Assembly (NCBI RefSeq): GCF_000237865.1
Contig: NC_017459.1
Span: forward strand, 2,730,001-2,762,000
Length of the DNA: 32,000 bases
Source of the DNA: Haloquadratum walsbyi C23
GTDB taxonomy: Archaea > Halobacteriota > Halobacteria > Halobacteriales > Haloferacaceae
Reading direction: 5' to 3'
Numbering within the stretch: position 1 is the first letter of the stretch; every line of letters begins with the position of its first letter. The position numbers were made by a program, and so were the translations under genes. Below the pieces are notes generated by a model that was not told where the DNA came from, did not search any database, and saw only the letters and a list, made by a program, of their open reading frames with translations. Below, piece after piece: positions 17,896-26,308 of this stretch.

Positions 17896-18487
17896 CTTAT
17901 TATATGCTGAGCAGGCGCAATACCACGGTCTTCAGGCCGTGGATACGCGCCGTCACGCCCTCCAAAGTCCTACTGTCGTCGCTTGATTCAAATTTAAAAA
18001 TACATACATTTAACTGACAGGCAATCACGCAATAAAACAGGAATCGGTTGGAAACAGAGCGATTCCCGCCAGTCCTACGATGGCGGCCTGTCCGCCCCAA
18101 GCAATAAGACAATCATCGGAACCAGTCTGGTGAACGGTCGGTTCCTATGATGAACCGATGCTGTGCCCGACTGCTTGAAAACACCACAGAAAGTAACTCC
18201 GAGTTTGCTAACGCCTGCCGGCGTCCCTGCGGCAAAAATAACGCTTGGACGCCGTATATGGTCGAGAATAGGAGTACCGGCGGCTTGGCACCGCCAGCAG
18301 TCCCACCCGCACCCGCCTCAGACCGCGAACAACCCTTCAGATTCGCACTGGCTGGTTGTTCGGTGGGAGCGTGAAACCTGACACTCCCAACGCTCGGGAT
18401 TCCTCCGCGTGAACCCGGAGGAGGATGTCAATGGGGTCCTTTGGCATCTTCCGGCGCCTAAATACGCCTTCGTGGATGCCCGGTCGG
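17896..18487 (-). repeat. intergenic repeat family R, copy R3 (longest copy; includes a GC-rich structured part at 18145-18487)
   Basis: Shares TGGATACGCGCCGTCA (17940-17955), the 38-nt end hairpin (17914-17951), CAATCATC...AGTCTGGTGAA (about 18108-18135) and GAGAATAGGAGTACC (18264-18278) with other copies. Two 60-nt lines counted by hand (18301-18360 and 18361-18420) have 37/60 and 39/60 G+C. Confidence 0.6.
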
Positions 18488-18498
18488 TTTTTTTATTA
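18487..18498 (+). promoter_or_regulatory. candidate TATA box for a leaderless deoC transcript
   Basis: The T/A-rich box TTTTTTTATTA is centred about 27 nt upstream of the deoC ATG (18519). This is the spacing typical of leaderless haloarchaeal mRNAs. Confidence 0.3.
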
Positions 18499-18518
18499 GT
18501 GGGATGTAGGCTATTAGT

Positions 18519-19178
18519 ATGAATATCGAGGAGCTTGCAGCACGGATTGATCACACCGTTCTCGGACCAACAACGACCATGGATGAGGTTACTGATGTAC
18601 TTTCGGACGCAGCCGCGTATGGAATGAATGCCTGTATTCCGCCATGTTATCTTGATGCTGCAGGTGACACTGATATGGTCACAGATTCTGGTGTGACGCT
18701 GGTCAGTGTTATTGGATTTCCACATGGGCAGCACGCTTCTATCGCAAAGCGAGAAGAGGCTGTGACTGCATGGCAGGCTGGTGCTGATGAAATTGATGTT
18801 GTCCTCAATATTGGTCGACTAAAGACGAGCGCAACCGAGACCGTGACCCATGATATTGCAGAAGTTGTTGCGGCGGTTCCCATTCCTGTCAAGGTAATTA
18901 TTGAGACAACGCTTCTTAACGATGATGAGAAACGTCGTGCCTGCAAAGTCGCTGTTGATGCCGATGCTGATTTTATAAAAACTTCAACCGGGTTCGCTAA
19001 TGGTGGTGCGACAACTGCAGATGTCGAAGTTCTTTCATCATACCTTCCGGTAAAGGCAAGTGGTGGAATTAGTTCATATGAAACAGCGAAGTCAATGCTT
19101 GATGCTGGGGCTGAACGAATTGGTGCCTCAGCGGGTGTAGAGATTCTTGAAGACGCACCGGATGTTTATTATGATTGA
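18519..19178 (+). CDS. deoC: deoxyribose-phosphate aldolase
   Basis: 219 aa. IDHTVLGP near the N-terminus and the Schiff-base lysine context DFIKTSTGF are typical of class I DERA. Confidence 0.9.
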   Translation: MNIEELAARIDHTVLGPTTTMDEVTDVLSDAAAYGMNACIPPCYLDAAGDTDMVTDSGVTLVSVIGFPHGQHASIAKREEAVTAWQAGADEIDVVLNIGRLKTSATETVTHDIAEVVAAVPIPVKVIIETTLLNDDEKRRACKVAVDADADFIKTSTGFANGGATTADVEVLSSYLPVKASGGISSYETAKSMLDAGAERIGASAGVEILEDAPDVYYD

Positions 19179-19297
19179 TCTATTCGGGGATTCTTTCAAT
19201 CTTAAATATCATACCGGTGTCATTAATACAGTACGTCTGCTGGAAATAAATCGCCTCGGAATGTTCGTTGTGAAATTTCGATAACATCGCTGGCGTT

Positions 19298-20239
19298 TCA
19301 TCCACGATCATCGCTAACTCGTGGTTCCTTGACAAGGCGATTAGCATCAGGGTCATCTTTCCATTCATCAAGTTCACGAGGGTCAACATGAACAAACGCA
19401 TCATCAACGGACCGCAGGTCTTCAACGGATTCAACAACTGCAGACTCAATATTGTGTGCCTCTGTAAGCGTTAAATTCCCTTCAACCTCAATGTGAAGGC
19501 TCACATCTACCTCAGGACCAACATAATGAGCAACAACATCATGTGCGCCACGAACATCTGGATGCGTCAGTGCTTCTTCAAGAATTTCACGTCGAAGCGT
19601 CTCTGGAGGGGCAGCCCCAACAAGATAACTGATATTGTCGCGGACAATTTCATAGCCAGTATAAAAGATTCCAACTGAGACAACAATAGCAGCAATCGGA
19701 TCAAGAACGGGGGCGCCAATCGACGAGCCAAGCACGCCAATGAGCGCTGCACTCGCGGTGAGAATATCGTTTCGATTATCAAGAGCAGCAGCGGTGACCG
19801 CAGGCGAGTGGTGCTCGCTTCCGACATGACAGCAATATCGATACAAACCATATTTTACGACCGCGGTCCCAATCAGCACGCCAACGGCGGTGAGATCTGT
19901 TTTAATACCATATGTCCCTGCTTGAATCGCTTCAGCTGCATTCCATAACACGGCACCTCCAGCAATGAAAATACCAGCAGCGACAAATAATGAGACGAAC
20001 GGCTCAATTCGCTCATGTCCATGCGGATGTTTGAAATCTGGTGGCTGTGTCGTGAGATATAACCCCGTTAGGATAACAAGACTATATGCGCTATCAGTAA
20101 GACTATTAATCGCTTCTGAGCCAACTGCCAGACTACCGGTGATTAACCATACCCCACTCTTTGCAATTACTAGGACTAGATTTACGACAAGGATGACTGC
20201 TCCGACTCGTCGAACGACGGTCTGGCGGTCGTCGCTCAT
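19298..20239 (-). CDS. cation diffusion facilitator (CDF) family divalent-metal efflux transporter
   Basis: Six-TM N-terminal domain with INSLTDSAYS and HPHGHERIEP motifs, plus a cytoplasmic C-terminal domain (HDVVAHYVGPEVDVSLHIEV). Confidence 0.88.
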   Translation of the reverse strand: MSDDRQTVVRRVGAVILVVNLVLVIAKSGVWLITGSLAVGSEAINSLTDSAYSLVILTGLYLTTQPPDFKHPHGHERIEPFVSLFVAAGIFIAGGAVLWNAAEAIQAGTYGIKTDLTAVGVLIGTAVVKYGLYRYCCHVGSEHHSPAVTAAALDNRNDILTASAALIGVLGSSIGAPVLDPIAAIVVSVGIFYTGYEIVRDNISYLVGAAPPETLRREILEEALTHPDVRGAHDVVAHYVGPEVDVSLHIEVEGNLTLTEAHNIESAVVESVEDLRSVDDAFVHVDPRELDEWKDDPDANRLVKEPRVSDDRG

Positions 20240-20528
20240 TAAACTAAATACTGGAGCGATGTGTTAAGATGCTTCGGTCGAATTAGTTCGCCGTCATCTC
20301 ATATACATTTATCACAGATTGATGACAAGACCTCTTCTTCAAGAAGTGAGTAAAACGAATGAGTAGGGAGGGAATACGACAGTCATAATATTAATTTTGT
20401 AGTCTGATATACAATTAGCTGTCTAACGTGGAAATCACTCAAATCATAACGTAGGCCGTAACATCATCCATTCTTGTCGTTTTGCCACTTCAGACAGGCA
20501 GTTCAAATTTCAAACAAACCGTTCGAGA

Positions 20529-20660
20529 GAGAGTGTCTAAAGCGGGTCGTGGACACCCCACAGCGAATAAGTCTCTCGGATCTTGAATCTGGTCAGAATC
20601 TGAAGGACCCCTTCCTGGAAGGCCTGCTGCGAGGAATCCGTCGCAGACGGCTGAGTAGGT
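20529..20660 (-). repeat. intergenic repeat family R, degenerate mosaic copy R4
   Basis: GAGTGTC...TGGACAC hairpin (20531-20556) and AATAAGT...GAATCTGGTCAGAAT (20566-20599) correspond to C1 13596-13609 and 13523-13545 in reverse. AAGGACCCC (20603-20611) and GAGGAATCC (20631-20639) match the opposite strand of R3 at 18433-18441 and 18397-18405. Confidence 0.45.
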
Positions 20661-20769
20661 CTGTTGTGAGGAGGTTCACATCATCACATACGATTCACGA
20701 ACTGTGCGAAAGGGATGCAATAAGGTTTGATCCCGATTGACAAGCACAGAAAGCTAAATTAATCGATAA

Positions 20770-21441
20770 TCACGAGGATATTTCATGAGAATCAAACCGA
20801 AGTGTGACTGCTTGATTTGACGCCTCTGCATCAGCATCCTGCTGCATTGCTGACGTATTATCTGCATTATTGCCCATGTTCCTCGTCTCCTGTTGTTTAT
20901 TCTCCGTATCTGTCATCTGGTGGGACGTATCAACAGCCGGCTGGAGTGTGGTAAACGCATCATGAAGCCGGTCGTACGTATCATCTAATGCTTCGACAAT
21001 GACCTTTGTACCGTTAATAATAGGCATCATATTTGTATCGCCACGCCAGCGTGGTACAAGGTGTGTATGCAGATGATCATCAATTGAACCACCTGCAGCG
21101 TCACCGCCAAGATTCTCTCCGGTATTGATACCATCTGGGTCAAACGCACTCTGAATCGCGTTGATTGTCGCCGTCTTTGTCCGCGCATGATCCAGTAACT
21201 CGGTATCGTTCAGTGCATCCCACGACCCAGTGTGGTGATCCGGTATTACCATTACATGCCCTGGATTATATGGATAATTATTCAAAAGAACAAAGCTGTG
21301 CTGACTTCGAGCAACAATCCGGCTTTCACGATCACGTGTTGGCTTACGAGCAGGAAGAACGCAGAATGGACACCCATCGATTGACTCTGTTTCGTCACGC
21401 TCAACCCACTCAATGCGCCAGGGAGCAAACACTTGCTCCAT
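20770..21441 (-). CDS. HIT-family nucleotide hydrolase/transferase (Ap4A-phosphorylase-like N-terminus) with a low-complexity C-terminal tail
   Basis: Histidine triad DDHLHTHLVPRW and an N-terminal FAPWRIEWV...CPFC motif. The last 60 or so aa are Q/N/D/T-rich. The ATG lies 3 nt after the map stop, so the two are probably co-transcribed. Confidence 0.85.
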   Translation of the reverse strand: MEQVFAPWRIEWVERDETESIDGCPFCVLPARKPTRDRESRIVARSQHSFVLLNNYPYNPGHVMVIPDHHTGSWDALNDTELLDHARTKTATINAIQSAFDPDGINTGENLGGDAAGGSIDDHLHTHLVPRWRGDTNMMPIINGTKVIVEALDDTYDRLHDAFTTLQPAVDTSHQMTDTENKQQETRNMGNNADNTSAMQQDADAEASNQAVTLRFDSHEISS

Positions 21442-21444
21442 TGA

Positions 21445-22335
21445 TTATGCTGTAATAACTTCACACCCGTCTTCGGTGATAATAACGGTATGTTCTGCTT
21501 GACTAACGAGTTCACCATCATCTTCTTTTAATACTGGATATCCATGGAGTACACCACGCTGTTCCAATCGTCGCACAGCCATTTCTGCACGATCAGACTC
21601 AAGCCATCGTGTAGCGAATGGCAATGTTTTGTATTCGTCTGTCACCTGCTGGAGAACCTGTCTTGCTGCTCGATTGCGAACGGATCGATCATGTTCAAGA
21701 CTGTAAATCTCTGCATTGGTCCCCTCTGAGACCTTTCCTCGACCAGTCGTTGCAAATGGCTCAATCGCCACAACATCACCAACTTCGAACTCAATCCCAC
21801 GTTCGGTGCCGCGATTTGGAACATTTGGACTGGTGTGTGCATCCCACTGTCCAACGCCATGACCTGAGAGATTCAAAACTGGCGTGTATCCATATCCACG
21901 AATAACCTCTTCAATTTCTGTGCCAACAGTACTTGTTTCGACACCTGGTGCAATTATCTCAAGTGCAGCATCCAGTGCCTCTTCAGCAGCTTCAACGAGT
22001 GTTGGTGTTCCAGAGAGGTCAATTGTCACTGCAGCATCAGCAATATATCCATCAACGTGAACTCCACAATCAAGACACACCAGTTCATCATCAAACACAG
22101 CTTCATCATCAGCACCCGGGGTTGCGTGGGATGCCTCTTCATTGACGCTAATGTTTGCTGGAAATGCACATCCATCTGCGAGTTCCCTGATCCGTGATTC
22201 AGCAAATTTAGCCACTTCAAGATGTGTGGTACCTGGTTCAACCTTTGTTGCAGCTTCATCAAGCACTTGCTGAAGTACCTGTCCAGCTTTCCGATACTTT
22301 GAGCGTGTTTCTTCCGCAAGCGAGGCGCTAGCCAT
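21445..22335 (-). CDS. map: methionine aminopeptidase, type 2
   Basis: 296 aa. Metal-ligand contexts DCGVHVDGYIADAA, NLSGHGVG, AIEPFAT and AQAEHTVI are typical of archaeal MetAP2. Confidence 0.92.
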   Translation of the reverse strand: MASASLAEETRSKYRKAGQVLQQVLDEAATKVEPGTTHLEVAKFAESRIRELADGCAFPANISVNEEASHATPGADDEAVFDDELVCLDCGVHVDGYIADAAVTIDLSGTPTLVEAAEEALDAALEIIAPGVETSTVGTEIEEVIRGYGYTPVLNLSGHGVGQWDAHTSPNVPNRGTERGIEFEVGDVVAIEPFATTGRGKVSEGTNAEIYSLEHDRSVRNRAARQVLQQVTDEYKTLPFATRWLESDRAEMAVRRLEQRGVLHGYPVLKEDDGELVSQAEHTVIITEDGCEVITA

Positions 22336-22449
22336 ACTATATTATTGAGTGAGCGTCTCAAAGAGGTTCCGGATAAATCATCGTACTATCCCATGTCTAT
22401 ATATCTCACACAATGTATCTTAGCAATTGTTTAACAAACACACTGACAA

Positions 22450-23157
22450 ATGCCAATTAAGATAACAGTGCCACAGTTTGCAGACACTGTCGAACACAAG
22501 CGACTTGATGTAACCGCATGGGATGACATCTATATTATTGGTGATGTTCACGGCTGTCACGATGAACTCAATCAACTCCTTTCTACACTTGATGTGACTG
22601 ATACCGATCTTGTTGTGTTTGTCGGTGATCTCGTTCGAAAGGGTCCAGACAGCAAGGGCGTGCTTGAGCACGTTCGACATGCAGAAAATATGTTTACCAT
22701 TCGCGGTAATAACGAGGAAAAACTCCTTCGTGGCGAAAAGTCGCTTCCAGTGTTATCATCAGACGACCTTTCATGGATTAGATCACGACCAGTTGGAATT
22801 TCATGGCAAGACACGCTTGTTGTCCATGGTGGTGTTGACCCGCGAAAGGAACTTTCTGAGCATACAACATATGAATTACAGACGTTTCGATCGCTCTCAT
22901 CCGGCTATGACCGTCCGTTCTGGTGGGAAAGGTATGATGGGTCGGATCGGATCTTTTTCGGTCATACACCGCTTGCAGCACCCGTTTATCGTGAGTGTGC
23001 AATTGGTCTTGATACTGGATGTGTGTATGGCAATCAGCTCACTGCATACGATTGGCGACGTGATTGTTTCCACAGTGTGACAGCAGAAAAAACAGTACAA
23101 CATCGAAACGAATCCAAGTGGGTTCACCCTGATCAATCACCTCCTGCTGCAGATTGA
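22450..23157 (+). CDS. PPP-family metallophosphoesterase (ApaH/PrpE-like Ser/Thr phosphatase or bis(5'-nucleosyl)-tetraphosphatase)
   Basis: Contains GDVHGC, GDLVRKG, VVHGG and FGHTP motifs. The third motif reads RGNNEE rather than GNHE/D (codon N88 at 22711-22713). Confidence 0.82.
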   Translation: MPIKITVPQFADTVEHKRLDVTAWDDIYIIGDVHGCHDELNQLLSTLDVTDTDLVVFVGDLVRKGPDSKGVLEHVRHAENMFTIRGNNEEKLLRGEKSLPVLSSDDLSWIRSRPVGISWQDTLVVHGGVDPRKELSEHTTYELQTFRSLSSGYDRPFWWERYDGSDRIFFGHTPLAAPVYRECAIGLDTGCVYGNQLTAYDWRRDCFHSVTAEKTVQHRNESKWVHPDQSPPAAD

Positions 23158-23267
23158 TATGGGATTTAAACCCAGCACAGCAAGGATTCCCTGGCTCACC
23201 TAATCCGTAGCAGTTCAAATAAGTATTATATTTATTATATCTGATATGTCTGACGCGTATTTAAGAT

Positions 23268-23768
23268 ATGCCAGTCGTATTTGCTAGTATGCAGGGGATT
23301 GATTTGAACGAAGGATTAAGCTATGCTGTTCGACTGACGCTTTTCGGGATCTTTATAATAGCTATAAGCGGTATATCGGCTGCGTTTGGAATTGGAATCC
23401 TCGCTGGTACACTTGGCTATGCTGTCGGTGTCAATTTCACTCTACCGCTGAGAGGGATAAACACGACATTGCTTTCTGGATTTGGTGTCATTCTGACTGT
23501 TGTGGGTATTGTTTCTCTCATTTCGGGTTTGATTACTCTTGTGTACAAACTCATCGTTGATGCTGTTTCACGGGGGGCTCAAATGGCAAGTAATTCTCGA
23601 TCAAAATCACAGTCTCGTAGTTCACAATCAAAAACAAATGCACGAACGCAATCAAATCGGGCACCACCAACACAGTCACAGCAGTCACCGCAATCGAGGT
23701 CTACTCAGCGGTCAACTCCCCGAAGCACTCAGAACACCGATTCCGAGACGACTCCCGGTCGGCGCTGA
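23268..23768 (+). CDS. small membrane protein with a basic S/Q/R/T-rich C-terminal tail
   Basis: 166 aa with ATG at 23268. It has three hydrophobic segments, then SNSRSKSQSRSSQSKTNARTQSNRAPPTQSQQSPQSRSTQRSTPRSTQNT... No family was recognised. Confidence 0.55.
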   Translation: MPVVFASMQGIDLNEGLSYAVRLTLFGIFIIAISGISAAFGIGILAGTLGYAVGVNFTLPLRGINTTLLSGFGVILTVVGIVSLISGLITLVYKLIVDAVSRGAQMASNSRSKSQSRSSQSKTNARTQSNRAPPTQSQQSPQSRSTQRSTPRSTQNTDSETTPGRR

Positions 23769-23777
23769 TAATATCAG

Positions 23778-24051
23778 TTATTGTTGAATAGGCGCAATCC
23801 AGCGCCGTTTACATCGTGGATGCGCGCCGTCAGACGAAGACGGGGAATTTCGAGCTTTTTTGATATCGTGTACTGATATGTTGACATGCTAGTTACGACC
23901 ACAGTGCAGTCGCATGCCGGAAGATCGATAATTCGTGTGTGAGTGTCCACCGAGACTGGATGCAGGGTGTACCCTTCGGAGAATCAAATAACAAGCGACG
24001 GGCAATCATCAACATAAGTAACTCCGAGTCTGGTGAAACCGGCTACCGCTC
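23778..24051 (-). repeat. intergenic repeat family R, copy C2 (compact and uninterrupted)
   Basis: Its reverse complement aligns to C1 throughout. The core 23932-24037 has 95 of 106 positions identical. The 38-nt end hairpin is at 23791-23828. The copy fills almost the whole spacer between two convergent genes. Confidence 0.85.
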
Positions 24052-24102
24052 TTATATCAAAAATATTAGTTATGATTAGTGCCTGAGTATAGATTTTAAT
24101 TT

Positions 24103-24741
24103 TTAGTTATCCATGAGGCGACGCAATTGTGCCGGAGGAACAGCGCCTCGTACGGCATTACCATCGGTTTTATTCACAAATGTGGGGACACCGGTGATGC
24201 CTGCGTTTTGTGCTGCACGAAATTGCTCGTCAAGCGCATCATAGCGACCTTTATCACTAAGTATTGTCTCTATCCAGTCAGTATCGATACCAACATCAAT
24301 TTCTGATGCGATATCGGTGAGCACAGCTGTTTCCTCAATATCACGGTCGTCCTCCCACAACGCCGCGAGCACTGCCGTATCGAATGCAAGCCATGAGTCA
24401 TATGAGTATGCGTCTGCTTGCTGAATATTCACAGAAACAAGTTGTGCGGGTCGTGAGTCGACATCCGTTGCTAATTCTTGACACATCTCGGTGGCGTCAT
24501 ATTGATCCTGAAGTTGTCTCACGTTCTCTCTCGCCTGTTGGTAATACTGCTCACCTTTTTGATTTGCAGCGTCATGATCGATTGATCCATCTGCATGTCG
24601 CTGTTGTGCTCGGAGATCAAACGGGTGCCATTCGATCTGAAGAGAATCCTCACGTTCGGTTTGGTATATACTCAATGCGCGTCGACCCAGATAACAGAAT
24701 GGACATACGTAGTCGGAATAGACAAGAATTGATTCAGCCAT
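24103..24741 (-). CDS. DsbA/FrnE-like thioredoxin-fold oxidoreductase
   Basis: N-terminal VYSDYVCPFCYLG (CPFC active site), a helical insert, and C-terminal GITGVPTFV, typical of the DsbA family. Confidence 0.85.
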   Translation of the reverse strand: MAESILVYSDYVCPFCYLGRRALSIYQTEREDSLQIEWHPFDLRAQQRHADGSIDHDAANQKGEQYYQQARENVRQLQDQYDATEMCQELATDVDSRPAQLVSVNIQQADAYSYDSWLAFDTAVLAALWEDDRDIEETAVLTDIASEIDVGIDTDWIETILSDKGRYDALDEQFRAAQNAGITGVPTFVNKTDGNAVRGAVPPAQLRRLMDN

Positions 24742-24959
24742 ATGATACTAATAGTTGGCTATTGCATCATACAGCTTACGACATCAACTGCATTTGGATC
24801 AGGCTACATACACTCATTGTCGGCTGTCGCTAGTGTATTATAGACTTTATAAATCAAGTGCTGAGATACATGTGTCCAACTTGCAGACGCATAAGACGTG
24901 ATCAGAGATACGAAACGGCAGTGATTTACGCTCGGTTTCAAAAAAAAGATGCACGTTCT

Positions 24960-26225
24960 ATGAGCTACGAGCAGATTACAGCCCCTGAGGCGGGCGAGAG
25001 AATAACTGTCACCAACGCGGAGACCGGTGAATTAGATATCCCCGATACTCCAATCATCCCAATCATTCATGGCGATGGAATTGGAACGGACGTCGGACCT
25101 GCAGCACAGCAAGTGCTTGAAGCCGCCGCAGAAGCGACTGGTCGTTCAATTGAGTGGCTTCGAGTATATGCTGGTGAGTCCGCTCGCGAGCGGTATGGTG
25201 AGAACCTCCCGGAAGACACTGTTTCAGCAATTCGCGATCATCGTATTGCAATTAAAGGACCACTCACGACGCCTGTTGGAGCTGGATTTCGCTCACTGAA
25301 TGTTGCACTTCGACAGGAGCTTGATTTATACGCGAACGTTCGTCCGACATATCATCTTAGCGGGGTCCCGTCACCAGTGAAAAATCCCAGTGCGATGGAT
25401 ATGGTGACATTCCGTGAAAACACCGAGGATGTCTATGCTGGTATCGAATGGGAAGCCGGGACTGCAGGTGCAGATGAGGTGCGAGACTTCCTTGAAAATC
25501 AAATGGATTACGATGAGGTAATGCATGATGGACCAATCGGGATTGGAATTAAGCCAATTACTGAATTTGGGACAAAACGATTAGTCCGTCAGGCAATCGA
25601 TTACGCGCTTGAGAATAATCGTCCTTCCGTCACTCTTGTACATAAGGGTAATATTATGAAATTCACAGAGGGTGCATTCCGCGATTGGGGATATGAAGTT
25701 GCTGAAGAAGAATACGGTGATATTACTATTACCGAGGATGAATTATGGGATGAATATGATGGTGAGCAACCTGCAGATACGCTTCTAATCAAAGATCGAA
25801 TCGCAGATAATATGCTTCAGCAGTTACTTACCCGGACTGATCAATATGATGTCATTGCAACAATGAATCTCAACGGTGATTATATGTCTGATGCTGCTGG
25901 GGCACAGATTGGCGGACTCGGAATTGCACCTGGTGGAAACTTCGGCGATGGACTTTGTCTCGCTGAGCCAGTACATGGTTCAGCACCAAAATACGCGGGT
26001 CAGGACAAAGTCAATCCGACCGCTATTATCCTTTCTGGACGTATTATGTTTGAGTATATGGGATGGAAAGACGCTGGCGAACTCGTTCGCGACGCCGTTG
26101 AGCAAACAATTCTCGACGGTGATGTCACCTATGACCTACATCGCCAGATTGAGGACGGTAGAAAACTTGCGACCTCTGAGTTTGCCGATGCCGTTGTGAG
26201 AAACATCGATGAATTGGCTTCATGA
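24960..26225 (+). CDS. icd: isocitrate dehydrogenase (NADP)
   Basis: MSYEQITAPEAGE..., IKGPLTTP, and NLNGDYMSDAAGAQIGGLGIAPG, consistent with prokaryotic homodimeric IDH. The track ORF's 34-codon basic N-terminal extension is rejected in favour of the ATG at 24960. Confidence 0.93.
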   Translation: MSYEQITAPEAGERITVTNAETGELDIPDTPIIPIIHGDGIGTDVGPAAQQVLEAAAEATGRSIEWLRVYAGESARERYGENLPEDTVSAIRDHRIAIKGPLTTPVGAGFRSLNVALRQELDLYANVRPTYHLSGVPSPVKNPSAMDMVTFRENTEDVYAGIEWEAGTAGADEVRDFLENQMDYDEVMHDGPIGIGIKPITEFGTKRLVRQAIDYALENNRPSVTLVHKGNIMKFTEGAFRDWGYEVAEEEYGDITITEDELWDEYDGEQPADTLLIKDRIADNMLQQLLTRTDQYDVIATMNLNGDYMSDAAGAQIGGLGIAPGGNFGDGLCLAEPVHGSAPKYAGQDKVNPTAIILSGRIMFEYMGWKDAGELVRDAVEQTILDGDVTYDLHRQIEDGRKLATSEFADAVVRNIDELAS

Positions 26226-26308
26226 TCAGTTACTTATTTTATAGCCAAGTTTAATAAATAGCAAATCCGCACGCGGTTTTATTCGATTTCGGATCTTAAC
26301 GTGTAGTG

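Noticed and set aside
18040-18487. RNase P RNA on the minus strand. The P4-like pair GAGGAAUCCCGAGC (about 18393-18406) and ACAGCAUCGGUUCAUC (about 18148-18163) flanks many hairpins, and the size (about 450 nt) is right.
   Set aside because: The near-invariant CR-I GAGGAAAGUCC and the CR-II/III (GGGUGAAA / GGUAA) and CR-V (ACAGAAcccGGCUUA) signatures are not present as such. Parts of the region are also homologous to other repeat copies in the window, which a single-copy housekeeping RNA should not be. I kept it as an unknown structured module instead.
18145-18487. SRP (7S) RNA on either strand, considered because of the GC-rich composition, the roughly 340-nt size and a CCGGAAG segment.
   Set aside because: There is no helix-8 signature: no GNAR tetraloop closed by complementary arms followed by an AGCAG-type loop, and no GGAAGGGAGCA-like motif.
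17783-18734. Track ORFs over repeat copy R3 and the start of deoC: 17783..17986 (+), 17900..18112 (-), 18147..18374 (+), 18163..18381 (+) and 18318..18734 (-).
   Set aside because: They are mutually overlapping, Pro/Arg/Cys-rich products of GC-rich non-coding sequence. The 138-aa minus ORF runs antisense into the well-supported deoC.
20474-20740. 88-aa ORF (+) in the CDF/HIT spacer.
   Set aside because: It is strongly basic (RRRRLSRSVVRR), which is atypical for this proteome. It has no recognisable domain and overlaps repeat-family fragments.
24858-24959. N-terminal 34-codon extension of icd containing a CPTC motif (MLRYMCPTCRRIRRDQRY...).
   Set aside because: It is highly basic and unlike any IDH N-terminus. 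The ATG at 24960 gives the canonical start, and an A/T-rich box lies at the appropriate distance upstream.
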